A stretch of 64,000 bases of DNA from Victivallales bacterium (GTDB lineage Bacteria > Verrucomicrobiota > Lentisphaeria > Victivallales > UBA1829): positions 7,448-71,447 of the forward strand of contig JAEEQN010000011.1 of assembly GCA_016285345.1 (NCBI GenBank). The letters are read 5' to 3'. Under the pieces are notes generated by a model that was given only the letters and a program-made list of their open reading frames with translations, did no database searches and had not been told where the DNA came from. The position numbers were made by a program, and so were the translations under genes. Below, in pieces: positions 1 through 8,386 of the stretch; position 1 is the first letter of the stretch, and each line of letters opens with the position of its first letter.

Positions 1-402
1 GAAGAGGAACGCGCCGAACAGGCAGGACATCAGCAGAGAGGCAAACCCATCCGGCGTCGTGAGCGAAATCCAGATATGAGGAACAGCCATGACGGACGGG
101 ATCATCGCCCCGGCCAGGAACTCAAGGATGTCGGAATCGGGATGTTTCCCGCGCAGGAAGAAAGCGGGCAGCGTCAGGAGCGGGAGCAGAATCCCGTCCC
201 ACGGCATGGCGTATCCCAATACGAAGTCCGTCGCGATCCCGAACACCAGCGCGAAACAGAGCGCCATCCGGGGCGAGATCAGGTACGACGCCGCGGTGAA
301 AAAGAATCCGAGCAGCGGGACCGTCAGCCCGGCGGAACGCAGAAGGACTTCCGCGACCAGCAGCAGGATGGACCAGAAGGTGAAGTAGAGAAATGCGAAC
401 AT
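1..402 (-). CDS. mreD: Rod shape-determining protein MreD, 3' end cut by window edge
   Basis: ATG (rc) at 400-402, 17 nt downstream of the mreC stop. Translation MFAFLYFTFWSILLLVAEVLLRSAGLTVPLLGFF... is uniformly hydrophobic/multi-TM and stays open to position 1. Order matches canonical mreC-mreD. Confidence 0.55.
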   Translation of the reverse strand, partial: MFAFLYFTFWSILLLVAEVLLRSAGLTVPLLGFFFTAASYLISPRMALCFALVFGIATDFVLGYAMPWDGILLPLLTLPAFFLRGKHPDSDILEFLAGAMIPSVMAVPHIWISLTTPDGFASLLMSCLFGAFLF

Positions 403-418
403 CGTCCCCTCCACGCCG

Positions 419-1309
419 TCATTTTCCGGTCAGGACGACAACGAACCGGATCGTATCCAGCGAGACGGCAGGACGCATCCACGCCTCGGCGTACAATCCG
501 CCGTCATGCACCACGGCCGCGCGGCTGCCCCCGACCGGAGCGTCGGTCAGGTACCCGATGCAGATTCCGCGCGGCGTACGCTCGGAAAACCCGCTCGTAA
601 GAACCATTTCGCCGATACCGTACTTGCTCTTCAGCGGCAGGCGCGAGATCAGCGCGGTCATGGAGGACGATCCGTTGCCCGTCAGCGTGCCGTTCGCGCC
701 GGATTCCGCCAGTGTCACGCTCAGGCGGCAGGCGGGATTCACGACGGTCGCCACGACCGACGTGCGGGCGGATGCTTCGATCACGCGTCCGGCAAGCACG
801 CAACTGGGCGTACCGCCGCGGGGCGCGAACTCGAACGTCAGGACCAGATCGCCGGTTTCGATGCCGTCGTTCAGCCCCTTGGAGATCACGAACTGTTCGC
901 TCCAGGTGGACGGATCGCGGAGGATGACTTCGGCATAGACCTCGTTGTAGCCGGACCAGCGCGGCATGCGGAGTTCCTGACGGAGGCGTTCGTTGTCGGC
1001 CTCCATCTCGCGGAGGCGCTGGACCTGCGCCGCCAGCATGGCGTTCTGACGCTGGAGCTGTTCCACCGCCCCCGCAAGCTTCTGTCTGGACTGCATCGCC
1101 AGCGACTGGCGCGCCGCGGTAAGCTCAACGTGTTTCACGGCCTGGAAAAACGGATAGTAGAAATCCAGGGAAAACCGCGCCAGCGTCCGGCGGAACGTGA
1201 AGAATCCGGTCAGCACAAGCGCGGCAAGGACCACGGGAATCGCCGCGAAAAGGACGACCCTCGACACATTGACTTTCTTTTTCGGCCTGACGGGTTTGGA
1301 CGACGCCAT
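419..1309 (-). CDS. mreC: Rod shape-determining protein MreC
   Basis: MASSKPVRPKKK, then a TM helix, then a coiled coil (LQRQNAMLAAQVQRLREMEADNERLRQEL), then a beta-barrel region (VISKGLNDGIETGDLV...). AGGAG lies 9 nt upstream of the ATG at 1309. The ORF-track start at 1435 is probably too long. Confidence 0.8.
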   Translation of the reverse strand: MASSKPVRPKKKVNVSRVVLFAAIPVVLAALVLTGFFTFRRTLARFSLDFYYPFFQAVKHVELTAARQSLAMQSRQKLAGAVEQLQRQNAMLAAQVQRLREMEADNERLRQELRMPRWSGYNEVYAEVILRDPSTWSEQFVISKGLNDGIETGDLVLTFEFAPRGGTPSCVLAGRVIEASARTSVVATVVNPACRLSVTLAESGANGTLTGNGSSSMTALISRLPLKSKYGIGEMVLTSGFSERTPRGICIGYLTDAPVGGSRAAVVHDGGLYAEAWMRPAVSLDTIRFVVVLTGK

Positions 1310-1468
1310 TGCGCGTGACTCCTGAATTCTTCCGCGCCTCAAATGGAACGGACAATAAAAGATTTTGTCTGAGGGGAAACAGGCTTCCTCTGAGACAAGA
1401 AACACAGTGCGCGGCTTGCGTCGCGCACTGAACAATCAACTTGTTACGCGGTACGGACCGCGTGCGGC

Positions 1469-3454
1469 TTACGCCTTGAGATAGGCGCGGACCTTGTCGG
1501 CGACGGCTTCCGGCGTGAAGCCGAATTCCTGCGCCAGCTTCTTGTACGGAGCGGACGCGCCGAAGTGATCCAGGCCGATCGCGAGGCCGTCGAGGCCGAC
1601 CAGGGCGTACCACATCGGAGTCGTGCCGGCTTCGATGGAGATGCGCTTGCGGCAGGCGTTCGGCAGGATGCTTTCGCGGAAGGCGGCGTCCTGACGGAGG
1701 AAGGTCTCGAGGGACGGGACGGAGACGATGCGGACCTTGCGGCCTTCGGAGCGGAGGATCGCGGCGGCGTCGAGCGCCAGATTGACTTCACTGCCGGAGG
1801 CGAGGATGACGGCTTCGAAGCCCGCGTCCTCGGAGAGGATGTAGGCGCCGCGGGTCACGTCGATCTTCGCGGCCAGGTCGGCGTCGAAGGGACGGAGGTC
1901 CTGACGGGTCATCATCATGGCGACAGGGCCCTGCTTCTTCAGTGCGGCGGCCCAGCAGTGCGCGACTTCGTGGGCTTCGGCCGGACGGAACACGGTCATG
2001 TCCGGAATGCTGCGGAGCATGGCGAGCTGTTCGATCGGTTCGTGCGTGGGGCCGTCTTCGCCGACGTAGAAGGAATCGTGCGTGAAGATGTAGAGCTCAT
2101 GGAGCTTCTGTATCGCGGCGAGGCGGATCGCGGGCTTCATGTAGTCGGAGAACACAGCGAACGTGGAGGTGTACGGGATGGCCGTGCCGAACAGAGCCAT
2201 GCCGTTGCCCGCCATGCCCATTTCGAGCTCGCGGATGCCGAAGTGCAGGTTGCGGCCGGCGCGGTCTTCCGCGCTGAAGTCGCCCGCGCCCTTGACCGCG
2301 GTCTTGGTGGACGGAGCCAGGTCGGCGGCGCCGCCGACGAGGGCCGGAACGAGCGCGGAGGCCTTCTGGAGGATGGTGCCGCTGGAGGCGCGGGAGGCGA
2401 CCGGCTTGTCGACCGGAGCGGCGGCGAGGAGTTCGTCGAGGATGTTTTCCGGAACGGTGCGGTTGATGAGGCTGTCGATCAGCGCCTTGTCGGCGGTCTT
2501 CACGAACGCCGCGAACTGTTCGTTCCAGGCGGCGGCTTCGGCGGCGAGTTCCTTCACGCGGCCGGCGAGCATGTCCTTGACGGCCTGCGGAACGGTGAAG
2601 GGCTCTTCGGTCCAGCCGAGGTTGGCTTTCGTGGCGGCGAGTTCCTCGTCTCCGAGGGGTTCGCCGTGGCAGCCGTGCGTGCCGGCCTTGTTCGGAGCGC
2701 CGTAACCGATCTTGGTCTTGCCGATGATGAGGGTCGGGCGGCCGTCGGTCTTGACGGCTTCGGCCAGGACGGCGTCGACCTTGGCGACGTCGTTGGCGTC
2801 ATCGCAGCGGAGGACGCGCCAGTCGTAGGCGGCGTAGCGGGCGGCGACGTCTTCGGTGAACGCCAGGCCGGTGTTGCCTTCGATGGTGATGTTGTTGTCG
2901 TCGTAGAACACGACGAGGTTGTCGAGCTTGAGGTGGCCGGCGAGGCTGGCGGCTTCGGAGGTGTTGCCTTCCATCATGCAGCCGTCGCCGCTGATCACGA
3001 AGATGCGGCTCTGCCGGATGTCCGTCTTGTCAAGGCCGATTCTGGCCGCGAACTGCTTGGCGGCGATCGCCATGCCGACCGCGGAACCGAAACCGCTGCC
3101 CAGCGGGCCGGTCGTGATATCGACGCCCTTGGTATGGCCGAATTCCGGATGGCCCGGAGTCAGGCTGCCCCACTGGCGGAAGTTCTTCAGCTCGTCCATG
3201 GAGAGGCCGTAGTTGAAGAGGTGAAGGAGCGAATAGATCAGCATGGAGCCGTGGCCGGCGGAGAGCACGAAGCGGTCGCGTCCGATCCAGGTCGGATCGG
3301 CCGGATTGTGGCGGAGATACTTCGCCCAGAGGACCATGGCGAAATCGGCGTTGCCCATGGGCATGCCGGGATGCCCGGACTTGGCCTTCTGGATCGCTTC
3401 GGCGGATAAAATACGGATTGTGTCGGCGGCTTTGCGCAGAGTGGTTGCGTCCAT
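1469..3454 (-). CDS. tkt: Transketolase
   Basis: 661 aa. N-terminus RILSAEAIQKAKSGHPGMPMGNADFAMVLW...LSAGHGSMLIYSLLHL and the ThDP motif GDGCMMEGNTSEA are classic Tkt. Confidence 0.97.
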   Translation of the reverse strand: MDATTLRKAADTIRILSAEAIQKAKSGHPGMPMGNADFAMVLWAKYLRHNPADPTWIGRDRFVLSAGHGSMLIYSLLHLFNYGLSMDELKNFRQWGSLTPGHPEFGHTKGVDITTGPLGSGFGSAVGMAIAAKQFAARIGLDKTDIRQSRIFVISGDGCMMEGNTSEAASLAGHLKLDNLVVFYDDNNITIEGNTGLAFTEDVAARYAAYDWRVLRCDDANDVAKVDAVLAEAVKTDGRPTLIIGKTKIGYGAPNKAGTHGCHGEPLGDEELAATKANLGWTEEPFTVPQAVKDMLAGRVKELAAEAAAWNEQFAAFVKTADKALIDSLINRTVPENILDELLAAAPVDKPVASRASSGTILQKASALVPALVGGAADLAPSTKTAVKGAGDFSAEDRAGRNLHFGIRELEMGMAGNGMALFGTAIPYTSTFAVFSDYMKPAIRLAAIQKLHELYIFTHDSFYVGEDGPTHEPIEQLAMLRSIPDMTVFRPAEAHEVAHCWAAALKKQGPVAMMMTRQDLRPFDADLAAKIDVTRGAYILSEDAGFEAVILASGSEVNLALDAAAILRSEGRKVRIVSVPSLETFLRQDAAFRESILPNACRKRISIEAGTTPMWYALVGLDGLAIGLDHFGASAPYKKLAQEFGFTPEAVADKVRAYLKA

Positions 3455-3723
3455 CTCATTTCCTTTCGTTGTTGAGAGTATTTTTGTTAAAAAGAAAAAA
3501 GGTCATCCGCAAAAGATACCACATTTTTTTGAAAAAGCAATTGCATTTCTGAAAAAAGAGGTTATTTTATTCGCTGTTTTTTCGTTTTTCACACAACCGG
3601 CGATGTTTTTTACAAAGAACAGACGGCATCTCCGATCCGGACGCGCAGAAGGTTTCCGCCGGGACTTCTTCCATCCGTCGCGCGGTCCGGAGCATCGCCG
3701 TCAAGACAATTGCCCCCCGCCCC

Positions 3724-5394
3724 ATGTCAAACATCATCAACGCCGTTTCGAGTTTCGCCCGCAGACACACATTCGCCACGATCTTTTTCTCCCTTCTCGC
3801 GTTCTTCCTCCTCGGGTCCGCCGGGCTCGAATGCGTGAAGATCGACGTCCGCTTCCAGTTTATGACCGGAGACATGACGGACCACCCGATCGGGCCGTTC
3901 CCGACCGTCTTCGGAAACCCGTATTATGACTATCCCTCGACGATGTTCATCCTGTCGTGGCTGGCATCGTTCTGCGGACACATGGTGGCGCGCTGGACGG
4001 TGACGCTGCCGTCGATGATATTCGGCGCATATTCGATCGCGATGACGTGGAGGATCGGGGAGAAAGCGGAAAAGGGACTAGGTCTGTGGGCACTCATGCT
4101 CTCGCTGGTCTCGTTCGAGTATCTCAACTCCATCCTCGGATTCGGCATCGACCTCCCCGTCTGCGCCGCAGGCGTCACGATGATCGCCCTGCTCCAGGAG
4201 GACCGACTGAACACCTTCCTCTCCACGCTCGTGTTCGCGGCGCTTCTCGTGTTCTGCTTTGCGGTCCGCGGCCCGATGGGTCCCGTCCTGCTCGGCGCGG
4301 GAACGGCCGGATGGCTCGCGATGTCCGGCCGCTGGAAGACGTTCTTCGCGTTCGGCGCGGCGGGCGCGGCCGTTCTGGCCGGCTGCGTGGGGTTCGCCTG
4401 GTGGCTGCTGCATCACGTCGGCGGCGACGAAATGTGGACACAGTTCTACGAATGGCAGTTCAACAGCCGGATGGATGGCGGATCGGCACTGTTTTATCTG
4501 CTCGGCAGCCTCCCGACCTACGCCCCGCTCAGCATCCCGTTCCTGTACACGCTCATCGCGGGCGGGCGCGCTCTGCTGAAAGACCCGGTCGGCCCATGGC
4601 TCGGATTTCTGTTCGCCGTCGAGATCCTGCTCTCGATCCCCGGATGCCAGCACACGCGCTATATGACGCTCGCCGTGCCGTTCATGGCGCTTTCCGGCGC
4701 GTGGGGGCTGCTTCATGCCCGCCTCGACCTGAAACTCTCCGATGTCTGGAGGGACCGCATCGTCCGTCTCGCCCGGCTCGCGCTCGTACTGGTCCCCTAT
4801 GCCACCATGCTCGGGACCGTGGTCTGCCTGATCGTGTCGTTCTTCTTCGTCGCACCGGAATGGCTCCCGTACGGCCAATATGCCCTCGGCTTCCTGCTCG
4901 TCGTGACCGCCGTTTATTGTTTCCGCGGGCACGATTCCTGGACGGCACGGTTCGCGCTGGCCTCGTGCTGCCTGGGAATTCACTTCGTGTTCGCCGTCAT
5001 CCCGGCAATCTCCGCCCAGGAGGATTCCCGCCCGTTCGTCGAGGCCGTCGAAAAGGCATCCGGCGAAGACCGGGTCTTCTTCTTCAATGTGAACGCAGAC
5101 CATGTCGGCATCAAGTATCTGGCCGAAGTGAACAACGCCCGCCGCGGACAGGTCTTCTTCATCTGCGACGAGGACGAGGAGACCGAGGAGCATTACGCAT
5201 ACCGTACCGTCGATGAGGGATTCGGCATGCTCGGAAACGAGATCGTCATCCTCAGGAAAAACCACCTCGAAAAACTCACGGAACTTGCCGAGGCCATGCA
5301 TAAAAAGGTCGTTCCGCAGTTCCGGGGTAAGCTCGGACACCGCACGTATGTCGCGGTCAGGCTCCTCCCGGACGAAACTCCGATGACTCCCTGA
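3724..5394 (+). CDS. Polytopic membrane protein, possibly a GT-C-fold (ArnT/PMT-like) glycosyltransferase
   Basis: 556 aa with about 11 predicted TM helices followed by a soluble ~150-aa C-terminal domain. No sharp motif recognised, so the family assignment is tentative. Confidence 0.4.
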   Translation: MSNIINAVSSFARRHTFATIFFSLLAFFLLGSAGLECVKIDVRFQFMTGDMTDHPIGPFPTVFGNPYYDYPSTMFILSWLASFCGHMVARWTVTLPSMIFGAYSIAMTWRIGEKAEKGLGLWALMLSLVSFEYLNSILGFGIDLPVCAAGVTMIALLQEDRLNTFLSTLVFAALLVFCFAVRGPMGPVLLGAGTAGWLAMSGRWKTFFAFGAAGAAVLAGCVGFAWWLLHHVGGDEMWTQFYEWQFNSRMDGGSALFYLLGSLPTYAPLSIPFLYTLIAGGRALLKDPVGPWLGFLFAVEILLSIPGCQHTRYMTLAVPFMALSGAWGLLHARLDLKLSDVWRDRIVRLARLALVLVPYATMLGTVVCLIVSFFFVAPEWLPYGQYALGFLLVVTAVYCFRGHDSWTARFALASCCLGIHFVFAVIPAISAQEDSRPFVEAVEKASGEDRVFFFNVNADHVGIKYLAEVNNARRGQVFFICDEDEETEEHYAYRTVDEGFGMLGNEIVILRKNHLEKLTELAEAMHKKVVPQFRGKLGHRTYVAVRLLPDETPMTP

Positions 5395-5431
5395 AATACC
5401 GCTTTTTTCCCGTTTTTGTTTCGATTTGCGG

Positions 5432-5460
5432 TTGATTTTTCCGGTTTTTCATGGTATGAT
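5432..5460 (+). promoter_or_regulatory. Sigma70-like promoter (TTGATT-17-TATGAT)
   Basis: -35 at 5432-5437 and -10 at 5455-5460, 45 nt upstream of the 5505 start. Confidence 0.45.
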
Positions 5461-5504
5461 ACTGCGTGGTGTTTGTTTTGATCTCAATCTGAAAGGGCAT
5501 CGGC

Positions 5505-6473
5505 ATGTTCTGTAAAAACTGCGGCAGACAAATCCCGGACGATGCGGCGTTCTGCCCCGCCTGCGGCACGAAACGGTCCGGCGGGGATACGTTCGGAGAC
5601 GAGCGGTCCGGACGCGACATCAAGAACCTCCCAAGCTATGCGAAGGAAAACGAACTGAGCCGTTCGAGTGACGCGATCGACTCCGACCGGGTCAAGTTCA
5701 GCCTGTCCGATTCCGGGCAGAAGAAATTCAGTCTCTCCGACAACAGCCAGAAGAAGTTCAGCCTGTCCGGGTCCGGACAGAAAAAGTTCAGCCTGTCCGA
5801 CAAAGGCAGGAATTCCGGCGACGGCATCGTCCGCATCACCTCGAACCGCGATCCCGCCCCGCAGCCGAAGTCCCCGACCGGATTCGTGAATCCGCTCAAA
5901 GACTCCGGCAAGACCATATTTCACGACGAACCGGCAAGCAAAACGGATGCAGAACAGAAACAACCGTCCGCGCCCGAACCGGAAGTACGTATTACAAAGG
6001 AAGAGTCCGCCGGAAACGGAAATGCCGCACAGTCCGCGGTGAACGTTTTCTACAACACATCAGGTTCCGCAGGAGGAAATACAGACGCAGGTCCGGAGGA
6101 ACAGCGGACCGGATTCGTGAACCCGCTCAAGGGGGGCGGTCAAAATATCCAGTGGGGCAGCGACGGCGACCGCAACGAAACGAAGAACTCCGAGTTCGCC
6201 GGCGATCCGGCCGAAATCGAGTCGCACCTGGGGTTCGCGGTCTTCACGCTCCTCTGCTGCTGCCAGCCGACCAGCATCCTGGCGATCCTTTTCGCGGTAC
6301 TGGTCTCCCAGGAGGTCAAGAAAGGCAATTACGAGCAGGCGCAGAAATACTCGAACCTTGCGAAGCTCTTCTGCTGGATCTCCATCGGTCTGTCGATCTT
6401 TTGCGGCGGCATTTCCTCCATCGCGAACATGGACGAATGGCGCAACGCTTTCAACGGCACGCCCCTTCCCTGA
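5505..6473 (+). CDS. Zinc-ribbon / CD225 (dispanin, IFITM-like) family membrane protein with a repeat linker
   Basis: N-terminal MFCKNCGRQIPDDAAFCPACG (CxxC-x11-CxxC). Four FSLSDxxQKK repeats. C-terminal two-TM CD225-like block LLCCCQPTSILAILFAVLVSQEVKKGNYEQAQKYSNLAKLFCWISIGLSIF. Confidence 0.7.
   Translation: MFCKNCGRQIPDDAAFCPACGTKRSGGDTFGDERSGRDIKNLPSYAKENELSRSSDAIDSDRVKFSLSDSGQKKFSLSDNSQKKFSLSGSGQKKFSLSDKGRNSGDGIVRITSNRDPAPQPKSPTGFVNPLKDSGKTIFHDEPASKTDAEQKQPSAPEPEVRITKEESAGNGNAAQSAVNVFYNTSGSAGGNTDAGPEEQRTGFVNPLKGGGQNIQWGSDGDRNETKNSEFAGDPAEIESHLGFAVFTLLCCCQPTSILAILFAVLVSQEVKKGNYEQAQKYSNLAKLFCWISIGLSIFCGGISSIANMDEWRNAFNGTPLP
5697..5816 (+). repeat. In-frame 30-bp tandem repeat x4 (FSLSDSGQKK / FSLSDNSQKK / FSLSGSGQKK / FSLSDKGRNS)
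   Basis: Units start at 5697, 5727, 5757 and 5787, each beginning ttcag(c/t)ct(g/c)tcc. Confidence 0.9.
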
Positions 6474-6515
6474 AGTCTCTTTCAGCCTCACCACATAAAC
6501 ACGGAAACCACCACG

Positions 6516-6911
6516 ATGTTCTGCATGCACTGCGGCCAGCAACTGCCGCCCGACGCGGTTTTCTGCCCGAGCTGTGGCCAGAAGGCGGAAACGCCTTCGG
6601 ACGTACCGGCCGGAACATCGGCGAAACCGCCGAGGATCGACTGCGGATTCACGCTCGCCGTCATCGCGGTCGTGGTCGGCAACGTGATCGGGATCGTGGC
6701 GCTGATCTACGCCGTGCTCGCCTCGAACATGCTTCAAAACGGCGATTACGAGGGCGCACGGCGGGCGGCACGCACCGGAAAAATCTGGAGCTGGACCGCC
6801 ATCATCCTTTTCGCGGCGGTACTGTGTCTGGGCATGCTCGTCCTGCCGCGCCTGTGGGACTTGATCGCGCCCGGTCTGACGGTGATTGAAACGGAACTCT
6901 CCCCGCCATGA
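6516..6911 (+). CDS. Zinc-ribbon / CD225 family membrane protein (short paralog-like)
   Basis: MFCMHCGQQLPPDAVFCPSCG zinc ribbon plus CD225-like GIVALIYAVLASNMLQNGDYEGARRAARTGKIWSWTAIILFAAV. Confidence 0.7.
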   Translation: MFCMHCGQQLPPDAVFCPSCGQKAETPSDVPAGTSAKPPRIDCGFTLAVIAVVVGNVIGIVALIYAVLASNMLQNGDYEGARRAARTGKIWSWTAIILFAAVLCLGMLVLPRLWDLIAPGLTVIETELSPP

Positions 6912-7312
6912 AAAAGAAACGTTTCACCAAACAGAAACTGATCACGCTCGGAGTGCTCCTCGTTCTGGGCGCGGCGGCGTGCGTCGTCCTGTTGCTGGTT
7001 CCGCCGGGCAGTCCGCACGCGAAATGGCTCCCGAAATGCATGTTCCATCAGCTGACCGGGCTGTACTGTCCGGGCTGTGGTGCAACGCGTGCGCTGTCTG
7101 CGATGCTGCACGGCGACCTCAAATCGAGTCTGCACAACAATCTGCTGCTGTTCCCGCTGCTCGCCCTGATCGCGGTCCTGATCGTGAAGCCGGAAATCTC
7201 CCTCAAACGCCCCGTTGCGATCACGATCGTCGCGGTCGTTCTGCTGTTCACGATCCTGCGGAATATCCCGGTCGCGCCGTTTACGTATCTGGCGCCAATC
7301 CCTCTGCACTGA
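6908..7312 (+). CDS. DUF2752-family membrane protein
   Basis: CMFHQLTGLYCPGCGATRALSAML matches the DUF2752 signature (C..k..tG..CPgCG.TRa). ATGA overlap with the preceding gene. Confidence 0.7.
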   Translation: MKKKRFTKQKLITLGVLLVLGAAACVVLLLVPPGSPHAKWLPKCMFHQLTGLYCPGCGATRALSAMLHGDLKSSLHNNLLLFPLLALIAVLIVKPEISLKRPVAITIVAVVLLFTILRNIPVAPFTYLAPIPLH

Positions 7313-7314
7313 TT

Positions 7315-7521
7315 TCAGAAGAACCGGGCGCCGACAACCGAGGCAAGCCCGATCAGCACGAGCACGGCGGTCAGAAGGAACAGCCAGAGCCTGCGGATCA
7401 TCAGGGCGCGTTTGGCGGAGTTGACGAACCGCAACTCCTTTTTCCGTCCGTTTTCCGTGACTTCCGGAGTTTTCCGGCGGACGTTTCCGCCTCCGCTTTT
7501 CCGGGCCGCCTGTTTTACCAT
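7315..7521 (-). CDS. Small basic single-TM protein (hypothetical)
   Basis: 68 aa: basic N-terminus then LWLFLLTAVLVLIGLASVV. The start overlaps the upstream gene's stop by 7 nt. Weak support. Confidence 0.35.
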   Translation of the reverse strand: MVKQAARKSGGGNVRRKTPEVTENGRKKELRFVNSAKRALMIRRLWLFLLTAVLVLIGLASVVGARFF

Positions 7522-8165
7522 CGGATTGTCCCGTTGAACGCCGCAATGACGGCGGCCCCGATCAGGAGCGCCGCCACGATGACCGATACGATGAACGGGA
7601 AAAACACGCCCCAGCCGATGCGGCAGAGCTGCCCGAACGTGAGCGACCCCAGATCTATCCCGTCGAACGCGGACGGTTTCTGTTTCTGCGCCTGGATCGG
7701 GATACTCTGCGTCGTCGCGGTGGACTCCGCGATCTTGCGGCAGGCGTCCAGCCGGAGTTCATCGAGACGGCGGGACTCCACGGCGATCTGGGTCTGCGTC
7801 GCCGCGCCGTCGACGTCGAGCGGGGATTCCTTGTTCAGTTCGGCGGCGATGGACGCGAGGCGTTCCCGGCGCGGTCTGAGCTCCTGAAGTTTGCGCTCGG
7901 AATCCGCGATCTCCCAGTCGATCCCCGCCAGAGATTCCGCGACGCGCACGGCGAGGTCGCGCCGCGACAGGCGGAAATCGTTCACGCGTCGCTGCATGGC
8001 CTCTGAAAGCTGTTTGGAAACGACCGGTTGAGGAGGCGGAGGCACGGGCGGAACACTGTTCTGCGCCGGAGCATCGGGATCGTTCGCCTCCGCGGAAGAA
8101 TTGTTCGCGGCGATGGAGATGTTGTATTTGTGCAGGTCGTTCAGGATCGAGATATTCTTTTCCAT
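7515..8165 (-). CDS. Hypothetical coiled-coil protein with a C-terminal TM anchor
   Basis: ATG at 8165 (MEKNISILNDL...) with GGAG upstream. Pro-rich linker, helical region, then C-terminal WGVFFPFIVSVIVAALLIGAAVIAAF. Confidence 0.5.
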   Translation of the reverse strand: MEKNISILNDLHKYNISIAANNSSAEANDPDAPAQNSVPPVPPPPQPVVSKQLSEAMQRRVNDFRLSRRDLAVRVAESLAGIDWEIADSERKLQELRPRRERLASIAAELNKESPLDVDGAATQTQIAVESRRLDELRLDACRKIAESTATTQSIPIQAQKQKPSAFDGIDLGSLTFGQLCRIGWGVFFPFIVSVIVAALLIGAAVIAAFNGTIRW

Positions 8166-8386
8166 GGTGCGTGCTCCGGCAAGATAAAACAGGACAACTG
8201 CGTGGTCGTGAGGCGGTCCGGCAAACGCCGTTCCGGTATTCAAAATATAGCCCGGAATATGGAAAAAACCACTGAAAAACGGAAAAAAGGCGAAAAAAAA
8301 GCGTTCCGCGCTTGCGTTTTTTCAAAAATATAGTATAGTTCAAAGATACATTTTGACTTTTCATCCCTACTACGGAGTTTTGCAAT

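Noticed and set aside
1565-3409. 614-aa plus-strand ORF
   Set aside because: Antisense to transketolase, whose identity is beyond doubt.
3637-3690. Possible structured leader or riboswitch upstream of the 3724 membrane-protein gene
   Set aside because: A 10-bp bulged GC helix (CCGGACGCGC...GCGCGGTCCGG) encloses a smaller GAAG/CTTC stem. In DNA this GC-rich, such a helix is not significant without covariation evidence, and I recognise no known riboswitch core.
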